Of a stretch of 64,000 bases of DNA, positions 43,050-52,900 are shown one piece after another (position 1 is the stretch's first letter; every line of letters begins with the position of its first letter). Location of the stretch: contig OZ244207.1 of the NCBI GenBank assembly GCA_965216875.1, positions 6,560,001-6,624,000 of the forward strand. The letters run 5' to 3'. A program made the position numbers and the translations under genes. This DNA comes from Rubripirellula sp. Its GTDB lineage: Bacteria; Planctomycetota; Planctomycetia; Pirellulales; Pirellulaceae. The notes beneath the pieces were generated by a model that was not told the DNA's origin, did not search any database, and was given only the letters and a program-made list of their open reading frames with translations.

Positions 43050-43760
43050 GTGTCGCAACCGATGCAGATTCAACAGGCGATCTTCACGTCGTCTGATCGA
43101 GGAACGATGAAGGGGTACCAGCTGGTCGCAAAATCAGCTGGTGTCGATCGGGCGTGCGCCCAAGAGCTTTGTCGTTGGTCGCCTTCGCAGATGACCAGCG
43201 ATGACCCTTCGCGATGGACGATCAACTACTTTCCCGTTCTCGACGATCACGTCGCAGTGACTCGTACCGTTTTGGGCGGGCCGGAATACAGTGCCCGCGG
43301 TGGCATCCAAGTCGTGACGCTGATCTTGGTGCTCACGAACGATCAATTCGCAAACTACGGATGCAACGCCGTTTCCATTGCTCGGACCGCAATGTTGTAC
43401 GGTTGGCTCCGGTTGCCCCTGGATGTTGGGCGGCAAGCGTTGGAAACGATTCAGTTGCCACACAAGCCATTGGTTGAACCGGTCGTCGTTCCTGATCACG
43501 AAGACGCACTGCTTCAATCGGTGATGTCGATGGTTCGTGAGTCACGACGCGTCGCGATCATTGGCGACCATGACCCGCTGGGAACCATCGAGACTCTGAT
43601 CGCTTGGTTGCCCGTGGAATCGAGAAGGGCATTCAGCTTCACAACCGGATTGGCGCCAGCCGTCCGCCGACCGTTCCAAACCCATTTCTTGGACAACGTC
43701 TCCAACTCGACGCAGCGGACACTCGATTCGCAAAGCATCGCCTGCGTCGCCGCCTGTTAG
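43050..43760 (+). CDS. GTPase-associated protein 1 (GAP1-N2/GAP1-M-like)
   Basis: QAIFTS...GYQLVAKS N-terminal motif and LP...RRAFSFTT motif recalled from GAP1 families; 12 bp downstream of the GTPase, with an AGGAG RBS. Confidence 0.68.
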   Translation: MSQPMQIQQAIFTSSDRGTMKGYQLVAKSAGVDRACAQELCRWSPSQMTSDDPSRWTINYFPVLDDHVAVTRTVLGGPEYSARGGIQVVTLILVLTNDQFANYGCNAVSIARTAMLYGWLRLPLDVGRQALETIQLPHKPLVEPVVVPDHEDALLQSVMSMVRESRRVAIIGDHDPLGTIETLIAWLPVESRRAFSFTTGLAPAVRRPFQTHFLDNVSNSTQRTLDSQSIACVAAC

Positions 43761-43798
43761 GAAGGCCGCGCGATACGTTGGGGGCGTTTGCAGATGCC

Positions 43799-43893
43799 CC
43801 ACGCTCTGGCGAGCGTAGCTAGCTACGGGAAACCCCATGTAGGCCGAATCTGTAGGCCGAATCAAGGAGCGTCAGCGACGCAGATCCGGCATG
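43799..43893. repeat. Cluster of REP-like palindromes
   Basis: CCACGCTCTGGCGAGCGTAGCTAGCTACG hairpin, then TGTAGGCCGAATC duplicated in tandem (43838-43863) and continuing to GATCCGGCATG, similar to 21650-21690. Confidence 0.7.
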
Positions 43894-44061
43894 ATTCCTC
43901 GGGGCCCGACGTTAGGCCGATCGGCTCACGCTCCCGATCACAGCTGCGGTGTCGTGTAACGGACAGGCGTTCATGATTGCAGTCTCGGCGCAGAGCTCTT
44001 AGGCTCAAGGTTGGCGTCGAATGCAGTTCCCATTCGCTCGCTTGTTCGAGAGGTCAGTTAA

Positions 44062-44835
44062 ATGTGCCGATCTGCCGCTTTGTGTCTGTTCACGTTGTCG
44101 ACGTTTTGTATGACGGTCCAGGCCGAGGTCAACGAAACGAAAGAGTATCCGAACGTCTACCACAGCCCTGCTGCCGAAAAGATTGCACCGGTTTTTCACA
44201 GCGTCGTGCAGATGGAGTTGGTTGTCAAAAAAGGGGACGCCGATTCTTCGGTTCAATACGTCAATGGCGTTGTGCTTAACCGCGATGGTTTGATCGCATC
44301 GGTCGTCAACACTCCGGGCGAAGGGGCGCCGGAAACGGGCGGGATCGAGGCAGCAACGATCTTGATGCTGGATGGTTCGGGTGCCAAAGCGGAATTGGTT
44401 CGCTATTCATCCGACCATGGCGTCGCTCTTTTCCAAGCTCCGGGATTGGACGTTCGCCCAATCGCATTGGCCGAGACGCCGCTGGTCGCTGGCCGCCGAG
44501 TCTTGTGGCACACGGTATTCAAAGAGGGACGCAAAACGTACCTCTACACCCGGGCACTCAAAGTCTACAAAGCATCTCATACGGTCGGCTCGGCCGATGA
44601 TCTTTGCTTGATCATCGACCACGAAAGCAGTTCGCTCACAGCCGAGAGATCGGGTTCGGCGCTCGTTGGTCCCGATGGGACGTTGCTTGGTCTGATGGGC
44701 TACCAACCTCACTGGGATGTGACCAAGAATCGATCGCCGCGTACGAAGACAGCTTGGGCCGTCCCTGCGGCCGTGATCGCCGAGTTGATCGCACCCCAGG
44801 ATCCTGCATCGGAACTCGCGTCGACAGAACGTTGA
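44062..44835 (+). CDS. Secreted trypsin-like (S1) fold protein, probably inactive
   Basis: Signal peptide; SVVQM...NGVVLNRDGLIAS...HGVALF...RSGSALVGPDGTLLGL...AWAVP follows the HtrA-like pattern, but the catalytic His and Asp are not evident. Confidence 0.6.
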   Translation: MCRSAALCLFTLSTFCMTVQAEVNETKEYPNVYHSPAAEKIAPVFHSVVQMELVVKKGDADSSVQYVNGVVLNRDGLIASVVNTPGEGAPETGGIEAATILMLDGSGAKAELVRYSSDHGVALFQAPGLDVRPIALAETPLVAGRRVLWHTVFKEGRKTYLYTRALKVYKASHTVGSADDLCLIIDHESSSLTAERSGSALVGPDGTLLGLMGYQPHWDVTKNRSPRTKTAWAVPAAVIAELIAPQDPASELASTER

Positions 44836-44911
44836 ATCGTACATTCCGCTCGCCGAGCGTTACTCGGTCGACTTGTCTGACGACCAGTCGATCGAGTGCG
44901 CGTCGGTGAAC

Positions 44912-45730
44912 TCATTTGCCGATCAACATCGACCCGACCAAGAACGCCAGTAGTCCGATCGGATAAACGATGCCGACGTTGGCCATGTTGGAACTGGTCA
45001 AGTTGTCGAGCGCTTCTTGGGTGTCGTTCAAATCGTGCAGCTTGCCTTCTTTTTTGGCTGCGGCGTAAACCGCAAAGAAGCTGACCATTTCTGGGATGCT
45101 GGTGACGACGCCCAGGATCCAGCCAGCGATCGCGGGGTGGACGCCAAGTTTTTCGACCACGTCGGCCGTTGCGTCGCCCAAAAAGATGCCGGCTACGGCG
45201 ACCGCAACCAGCGCGGTGATGCCCAAGATGATTCCAAATGGCAGGTTGCCGACCGCTTCGTCAGTTTCTTCATCCACCTTGGCGGGACGATTGACGGCGC
45301 GATCGACCAATCGGTAGAGAGCAAAGAAGCCGAGCAGGATGGGGACGAGTGACCAATGCGTGTCGGTGCCGAATCGCATCAGCACGATGGGGACGCCGAT
45401 CGCGAGTCCGGCGAAAAGGACTTCGTCGACAAACCGCTTGTTGAACAGTTCGCCGAATTGACGATAGGAGACCATGGCAAAGAACATCAGTCCGGCGTTG
45501 ATGATGTTCGAGCTCGCGATGTTCCAAAGTCCGGCCTGCCAGACACCGGCGAGTCCGGCGGAGACGAGGCAAACGAATTCGGGAACGCTGGTGGCGTAAC
45601 CGGTGACTTGACCGCGCGTTTTGGCGCTCCAGTTCATCGCACCGGCAACGAGGTGTATCCCGCGCAGAAGTCCGTATTTGACAAAGGCGATGATGGCGAT
45701 CGCCGAGATGATCATGACGATCGCAGACAT
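44912..45730 (-). CDS. Ca2+/cation antiporter (CaCA family) membrane protein
   Basis: Multiple TM helices; two alpha-repeats ATSVPE...ASSNIIN and VTSIPE...TSSNMAN. Confidence 0.82.
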   Translation of the reverse strand: MSAIVMIISAIAIIAFVKYGLLRGIHLVAGAMNWSAKTRGQVTGYATSVPEFVCLVSAGLAGVWQAGLWNIASSNIINAGLMFFAMVSYRQFGELFNKRFVDEVLFAGLAIGVPIVLMRFGTDTHWSLVPILLGFFALYRLVDRAVNRPAKVDEETDEAVGNLPFGIILGITALVAVAVAGIFLGDATADVVEKLGVHPAIAGWILGVVTSIPEMVSFFAVYAAAKKEGKLHDLNDTQEALDNLTSSNMANVGIVYPIGLLAFLVGSMLIGK

Positions 45731-45863
45731 GATGGCAGAGTCCTCGCACCGGCCCCGCGGAAAAGGAGCCCAGGTTAAGGATTGTGGTCACAGCGGGCAA
45801 GAGAGCACGATTCGGCGCGTGTTTGAGGTGAGAAGCCACCGAGTTCACCGTGAGAGGATCAGG

Positions 45864-46001
45864 CACCTCGTTACCACGCTCCCGCGTGGTAACACACGCT
45901 CGGACGCTCCGCGTCCGCTTCGTAGGTCATGCTTCGCATGACAAGCGTTCGCATAGCGGGCTGTTGAGGTGTAAGGCCCGACGCTAGCGCGTTCGGCTCA
46001 C
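45864..46001 (+). repeat. Composite REP-like element, left copy
   Basis: 79-bp module A (45864-45942) and 31-bp module B (45971-46001); reverse complements lie at 61699-61776 and 61648-61678. Confidence 0.88.
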
Positions 46002-46018
46002 GGGCCAATCCACAGTCG

Positions 46019-46082
46019 GTTCGTCGTCCCGCCTTTCGGCGGAAGAGGCTGAAGATTCCGGCTAAAGCTCGGTACTACGAAC
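46019..46082. repeat. Imperfect inverted REP-like doublet
   Basis: GTTCGTCGTCCCGCCTTTCGGCGGAA versus TTCCGGCTAAAGCTCGGTACTACGAAC. Confidence 0.6.
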
Positions 46083-46152
46083 GGGTGGCTCGTCACCAAT
46101 CATCGTTTCGCAGTTTTGGCGACCCGAGTCGTCGTGCAACACTCAATTGCTT

Positions 46153-46467
46153 TTACTCGGGGATGATCGAATGGACCGCTCCCTTCCATCCTTCTTCGTC
46201 GCAATGAGCGGAGCCTTTGAGATGGAAGGTGTCTGTGCCATCGGTCACCCAGATATCTTCGGTGGGTGACAGGTCGCCGAACGAGCGGTTGGTCCGCCAC
46301 CGAACGACTCGCAATTTCGAGCGTTGATCCTCCGTGAACCGGTCATCCTCCAAGACCGAATTCCAAATCGCTCGTTCTGCTTCAGTACACGGATGAATCG
46401 AAGGCATGAACTGGTAACCAACGACCAGAGCCAACACGATCAACACGTTTCGGATTGATTGTCGCAT
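46153..46467 (-). CDS. Small exported or membrane-anchored protein, possible second immunity protein
   Basis: MRQSIRNVLIVLALVVGY N-terminal anchor, two Cys; co-oriented 34 bp downstream of the first putative immunity gene. Confidence 0.55.
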   Translation of the reverse strand: MRQSIRNVLIVLALVVGYQFMPSIHPCTEAERAIWNSVLEDDRFTEDQRSKLRVVRWRTNRSFGDLSPTEDIWVTDGTDTFHLKGSAHCDEEGWKGAVHSIIPE

Positions 46468-46501
46468 CGCTTTCTTCCCGAAGGCAAGGCATGACGATTT
46501 G

Positions 46502-46948
46502 TTAGCTCACGATTGAAAACTTTGTTAGCTTGCCGTCAGAGTCAAACCAAAGTCGCAGAGTGAAAGGACCCTTCAAGGTATGGCCGCGCGAGCCAAGGTC
46601 GTAGCGAGCAATTTCTATTTGGCCACCCACCTTTGACTCTCGGACGGCGAACGGTTTACCCAACAACCGTTCAATTTCACTGAACGACGCATGGTGAAGA
46701 ATCGACGCTTTCGGTATGTCCGTCTTGGAACAAGTGTAGTCAGTCGCGCTCGCATCCGGCCAAGCAAGCAGGGACGCGAGCATTTCTCCTCGGTCCTGTT
46801 TGTCGTCAACTTTCCAGCTGAAGCTGTTGAATTCCTTGGCATTGCTGTTTTGTGAGTGCCAAGTATTAAAAATAAATCCGCTAAGCAAAAAGACTGCGGT
46901 CAATGCAACCGCGATCGTTGAGAACCGAATTGGATCGTTCTTGGTCAT
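46502..46948 (-). CDS. Putative cognate immunity protein, periplasm-facing, BamE/BLIP-like motif
   Basis: Starts 5 bp after the RHS stop; N-terminal TM or signal; SFSEIERLLGKP...YDLG...LRLWFDSDGKLTKF; visibly more AT-rich than core genes. Confidence 0.72.
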   Translation of the reverse strand: MTKNDPIRFSTIAVALTAVFLLSGFIFNTWHSQNSNAKEFNSFSWKVDDKQDRGEMLASLLAWPDASATDYTCSKTDIPKASILHHASFSEIERLLGKPFAVRESKVGGQIEIARYDLGSRGHTLKGPFTLRLWFDSDGKLTKFSIVS

Positions 46949-46953
46949 TGGAT

Positions 46954-49900
46954 CTATTCGAAGTAGAAAATGTAATCAACAGGAATTCCATCAGGGCAGT
47001 TCTCAAGCCTAGTTCCGTTCGGAAGAATCCCCTCGGTGGAGAACAGGTTGTCCTGATCGCGTCGAAGTTCCCAGATTTGATAGTAGAAGTTTTCAAACAT
47101 AAAGGCTGTCAACCAAGAGGTCGCATAAATGATTCCGCCTCCGTTGTCCTTAAATGAATTGCCCCACTGTAGCAAGTCGTAGCCCCAAGCCATGCTGAAG
47201 GCTGTCACGCGGCCTGGCACGCGTTCTTCACTCAAATGACTTAAGAATGGGTGTGATCCAGAGGCTTCGTTGAGTGAGTGGAATACGTTTTCGACCACAG
47301 TTTCATGGTAGCGGTTTATGTGATCATATCGGCCCTCTGTTCCGTGGCTTCCGATTCCGTTGACTGGTTTCGTAGCACCGTCTCCCGGACTTACGAAGGT
47401 ATGGAATGCTGCGGAGTGGGCAATGGCATTTGATAGGTCCGTTTCTTTTGCGCGTACGCTGGTTCCTAGCAATGAAGTGGAGTTGACAATTGTGCCCGTA
47501 TGTTCGAACGCAATAACCGTTGGATTGCCGCCGTTGCTATACCCCGCGACATGAATGGGCTCGGAACTCCCTAGGCGTCGTTTTTCCACAGCTATTGATT
47601 CGATGAGCTTCCCGAGTTCTTCGCCCGCCGCACGATTTAGCTTCGCTTTTGTGCTCAAGATGGCGTTAGATGTTCCAGGCGGTTGCGGGTCAGTTCCGGC
47701 GCTTGAGCGCTCTCCGTATTTGAAGTGAATGATTTTCTGTTTCGGGCCGCTTTTCTGATCCAGTCGTTCGGCAAAAGCTGCGATTTCGCGATTGTTCAGA
47801 TTCTGGATGCCGTGAACGATAATAATCACTCGTCCATCTGGGTCGATGGCGTTGATCGGGTGGTTGGCGGTGTAGCGAGTGAGGTTGGTGTCGCCTGAAG
47901 CGAAGCTAATCGGATCTTCGCTGACCCAGTTGCCTGTCTCTGCGTCGTACCAGCGGTGGTGGTTGTTTTGAAGTTCGGTCGACTCATCGTAGGGACGGCC
48001 GGTGAAACCGAACAGTGAGTCGATCGCCGCGTCGGTCTCGGATACCACATTCCCATAGCTGTCGTATTGGATGTGGTTGATCGGAGAACCGGATGAATCG
48101 ACGAGATCACGGACTGATCCCAGGTGATCCGAAAGTGGATAAACGACTTCGTTGGTGACCGCATCTTCCTCGGCAAGGATCTGGTCAACGACCGCGCCCC
48201 AGGCATAGCGGTCACTCACTCCGGCGTCGGAGCGTGCCAGGACGATATTGCTGCCGTCATAGTCGTAGAAGGTTGTTTCCGCATCGATGGGTCCGTCGCC
48301 ATCGACGTCGACTGACTTGCTGATCCAGCGGTTGAACGGATCGTAGCGGTGATAAACGTGATGGATCGCATCATCGCCGGCGGACGCGCGCTGGATGACT
48401 TCGGTCAATCGATTTCGATGGTCCCACCGATACTCGGTCACATTGCCGGTTTGCGTGTCGGTGCGCAGGATCCGATTGCCTTCGTTGTCATACTCGTATT
48501 GGACGGGTCCGTTCGACATGATGCGGTTGTGATCGCCCGTGGTTTGCCCAACGCCAGCTCGGTTGCCGTTTTCGTCGTAAGTATAAGATTCGTTGGCTTG
48601 GCCGGTATGACTGGCCGAGGTCAATTGGTTGTCATTGTCGTACCCGTAGTTCGACGGTCCATCGACAAGACTATCCACCTGTGTGATGCGACTGGCGATG
48701 TCGTATTCGAATTGATAGCCAGCAATGGAGGTGCCTGTTGAGTTGATGTGCGAGATTGACTGGAGTCGGGCCTGTCCGTCAAAGGCGTAGTCAGACGTTG
48801 CGATGGTTTGAGTTCCAGCAAGATCGGCGTACCGGGCAAGTTGCGTCAGTTGACTTGCACGATTGAATTCGAAATCGAATCGTTTCGGAGAAACCGTAGC
48901 GCCTGGTTGCGACGACTGGGTCAATACTGAAAGACGGTGCAGCGCGTCATACGAATAGGTGTTCTCGAAATCGAGCGATCCATCGATGTTGGCTGCGAGA
49001 CGGGTACGGCGGTTCTGGGCATCAAACTCGTTGTGCAAACCAACCACGACACTTTCATTGGTCGAGTCGATCGTTATCGCGCGGCCGAGACGATCGTAGG
49101 CATAGTCGTATCGGCTCTGGGCGACCGAATCCTCGACCGCGAGGACTTGGTTGGCAACGTCATAGGTCGTGGTGATTGACCGTGTCACGTTTTCGGTGTC
49201 GCCGATCCAATGCTCGGCGATCGGTCGATGAAGATGATCGTAATCGTGACGCGTCACGCGACCATTGCGATCGGTTACCTCGACCAGATTGTTCATTGCG
49301 TCATAGTCGTAGCGTCGAGAAACGGCACTTCCGTCAAGTGAAATCGTCTCGGTCGTGTTGCGGTCGAGTTGATCGTATTGCCAACGCGTCGTGTTGCCGG
49401 AGGGGTCAGTGAGTGAGAGGAGGTTGCCGACTAGGTCATAGGTGTAGCTGGTCGTTGGATGTCCAAGGGGCCCAGTCGCACCGTCGAGATCCTCACGAAC
49501 CTGTGACGTTCGGCGGTACAGATTGTCGTAGGTGTACTGGGTAAGATAGCCGTTAGGGTCAATGGTCGACGTTTGGTTTCCAACTGAATCGAAAGTGAAG
49601 TGGGTGGTCGCCGCCGCAAGCGGACCCGTTCCGTCCGGATCGGGATCGATGACGGTGATCACACGCCCAAGGTCGTCGTAGTGGTTTGTGGACGTTCGCC
49701 CAAGAGGGTCGGTCACGGTGATCGGCTGACTGGCAACGTCATACGTGTAGGTGGTGATGGGAGAAGTTAGTGGTCCAGTCGGTCCGTCAGGATCGGCTTG
49801 GATGGTAGCGGTGTTTCGATAAAGGTTGTCGTATACGAACTGAGTGACGCTTCCCACGGCGTCAGTGCTGGATGTTTGGTTTCCAACCGAATCATAGGTG

Positions 49901-52900
49901 AAGGCAATCTGGGGAGATTGAAGCGGGCCAGCACCATCAGGGTCGGGATAGATCTCGGTGACGACGCGATCAAGATCGTCGTAAATGAATTGAGTGGTTC
50001 GTCCCAGCGGATCCATTGCGGTGATGGCGCGGCTGACCACGTCATATTCAATCTTTGTCACCGGACGCCCTTGTTGACCGGGGCCATCGGGGTCGGCGGC
50101 GATGACGTGAGTGCGACGATAAAGATGATCGAATTGATAGGCCGTTGTGTTTCCCAGTGAATCGGTCATGGCGATTTGGTTGCCAATGGCGTCATACGCA
50201 TAGGTCATCACGGGTGCCTCGAGGGGCCCGGCGTCATCTGGGTCGGGGTAGGTTTCTTGGACGATGCGGCCGAGGTCGTCGTAGAAGTATTGCTGCCGTC
50301 GTCCAAGCGGATCGACTGTCGCGACGGTTTGGTCAGCGGCATCGTATTGGTATTGTGCGATTGGGTTTGCGTCCGGCCCATCGCCATCGGGGTCAGGCAT
50401 GATCACACGGACAAGTCGGTGATGCTGGTCGTATTCAAACCGCGTTGCATTGCCGAGCGGGTCAACGACGGCAATCCGATTTCCGACCGGATCGTAAGCG
50501 TTTGTGACAACCGGATTTGACTCTGGGCCCGCACCATCAGGGTCGGGATAGACCTCGGTCGTTGTTCGTCCAAGGTCGTCGTATTGGTAGGCGATGACGC
50601 GCCCGAGTGGGTCGGTGACGCTGGTGATTTGTCCTTCGTGATCGTATGCGATTGTCGTGATGGGCGATTCAAGTGGGCCCACGCCGTCGGGATCACTGTC
50701 GATGCGCGAAATGAGCCGATAGAGATGGTCGTATTGGTAGTCCGTTCGATTGCCGAGAGCGTCGGTGGTTGAAAGAAGGTTTCCGGCGACGTCGTACTCA
50801 TGCGCCACGATCGGTGCCGACGCGGGCCCCGCTCCGTCGGGATCGGGGTGCGTGGTTCGGATGAGCAAGTTTCGGTCGTCATATTCGTAAGTAGTGACTC
50901 GGCCAAGCGGATCTGTTGTCCGCGAGAGGCGGTTGGCGTCGTCGTATTCGTACACGTAGATCGGTGCAACGTCGGGGCCGCTACCGTCGGGGTCGGGCAG
51001 TGTTTCGACAATCGGTCGGTTGCGCGCGTCGTATTGCGTTTCGACGACATTGCCGAGCGGGTCGATCACGCGAATTTGATTGCTAGCTCTGTCGTACTCG
51101 ATCGATCGGACTGGTGAGGAGAGCGGCCCGGCCAACCCGTCAGGGTCAGCCTCGTGGATTCCCACAAGCCGATAAAGATCGTCGTAGAAGAACTCGGTCT
51201 TACGCTTGAGAGGATCGACCGCCGATTGAATGTTGTTGGCCAAGTCGTACTGCAAGACGGTTTCGTTTCCAAGCGGATCGATCTCGCGTACCACTCGGTT
51301 TCTTGCATCAAATTGGGTGACCCAAACGTATCCATTTTTATCGATTCGTCGAACGGGGTTATTGTCCGCGTCGTAGATGAGCCGCTGGACCGCGCCCAGG
51401 GCATCGATGACGGCGGTCATCCGATTGCGCTCGTCATATTGATAACGCGTCACTCGTCCCAGACGATCGGTTTGACGCACGAGATTGCCGGAGTCGTCGT
51501 ATTCGTACTGCCACGATTGGTCGAGCGCGTCGGTCTTGCGAGTTCGCCGGTGAAGGCCGTCATATTCGTAGGCAACGGTTCCATGAAGCGCGTCGGACAC
51601 TTGAAGCAAGTTGCCGTGGCCGTCGTACTCGTACACTCGCCCTTGCGAAGTCTGGGGACCGGGGCCGTCCGGGTCGGGATCGACGGTATGAATCAGCCGG
51701 TTCAGTTCGTCGAATTCATATTCGGTTCGATGACCTAGTTCGTTGATCACCGCGGTCAGGTTTCCGGCGGCGTCATATTCGAGTTCACTGAATGCTTCAT
51801 CAGCTGTCCCGACGGCGAATGTGGTTCGTGTGAGTCGTCCGGCCGAATCGTATAGGTAGTTGGTGAGTCGTCCGAGCGGATCGGTCATCGAAGCAACTTG
51901 TCCGCTCGGCAAATACGAGTAAGTTGTGACCAAGTCGTCGCTGCCACCGACTTCGCCGATCACCTGAGTGATGGACAAGGCGTTGCCGGTGGCTGGGTCA
52001 CGCTCGATCAAGGTTTGGTTGCCAAGCTCATCGACGGTTCGAGTGAGTTGATTGAACTGATCGTCGTACTCAAACTGCTTGGCAAAACCCTCGCTTGTAT
52101 TGGGATTCGTGTTGCGAACGGTCACAAGCGATGTCATCCCGAAGCCGATCGTATAAATCTGGGGATCACTGGTGCCAAAGGCGTCGAGCAAGGTTGCGCC
52201 GATCGGATTGGGGGCGAGGAAGTAATCTTGGCGATCGATGAACGTGCCATCGCCGAATCCGATCATGACGTTGGCGACCGACGCATCCGCCGACGCGACA
52301 ACCACATCAAGAAGGTTGTCGTTGTTTAGGTCACGCAGCGAGAGGCTGACGGGATTGGGCGAGGTCGGGGTCGATATCGGATCACTAAACGTTCCATCTC
52401 CGCGGTTGACTAACACGCGGATCGTGTCGGTGTTTGGATCGGTGGCAACCAAATCAGGAGCTCCGTCGTTGTTGATGTCAGCCGACTCGACATGGGACAC
52501 TGCAATCGCAGCGGTCAATGGCTCACTGGCGAAGCTATGTCGGGTTGGCGGCGAAAACTCACCATCGTTGGACCCGAGTCGCAGTGTCACAAAGACATCG
52601 GTGGTTGATGTGCCCACCAGCACGACATCAAGTTGTCCATCGCGATCAAAATCATCGACGATTGTTTGTGTTGACGGATCGAGAACCGGGATCGGTGGGA
52701 GCGAGACGAAGTCTTGATTTCCAACCCCTCGCAGAACAACCATTTCGTTGGTTCCCGTGACGACAAGATCGCTGATGCCGTCACCATCAAAATCGCCCGA
52801 TTCGATCGAACCCGGTTGGTCGATCGTGGGAAGCTCGACAAGCACGCCGTCGTCGAATCCAAACCGACTGCCGAAACGAATGGAGACTTCGTTGTCGTTG

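Noticed and set aside
43799..46082. Clustered palindromes as a CRISPR array or integron attC sites
   Set aside because: No regularly spaced identical repeats, no cas or integrase gene, and no proper RYYYAAC...GTTRRRY pairing.
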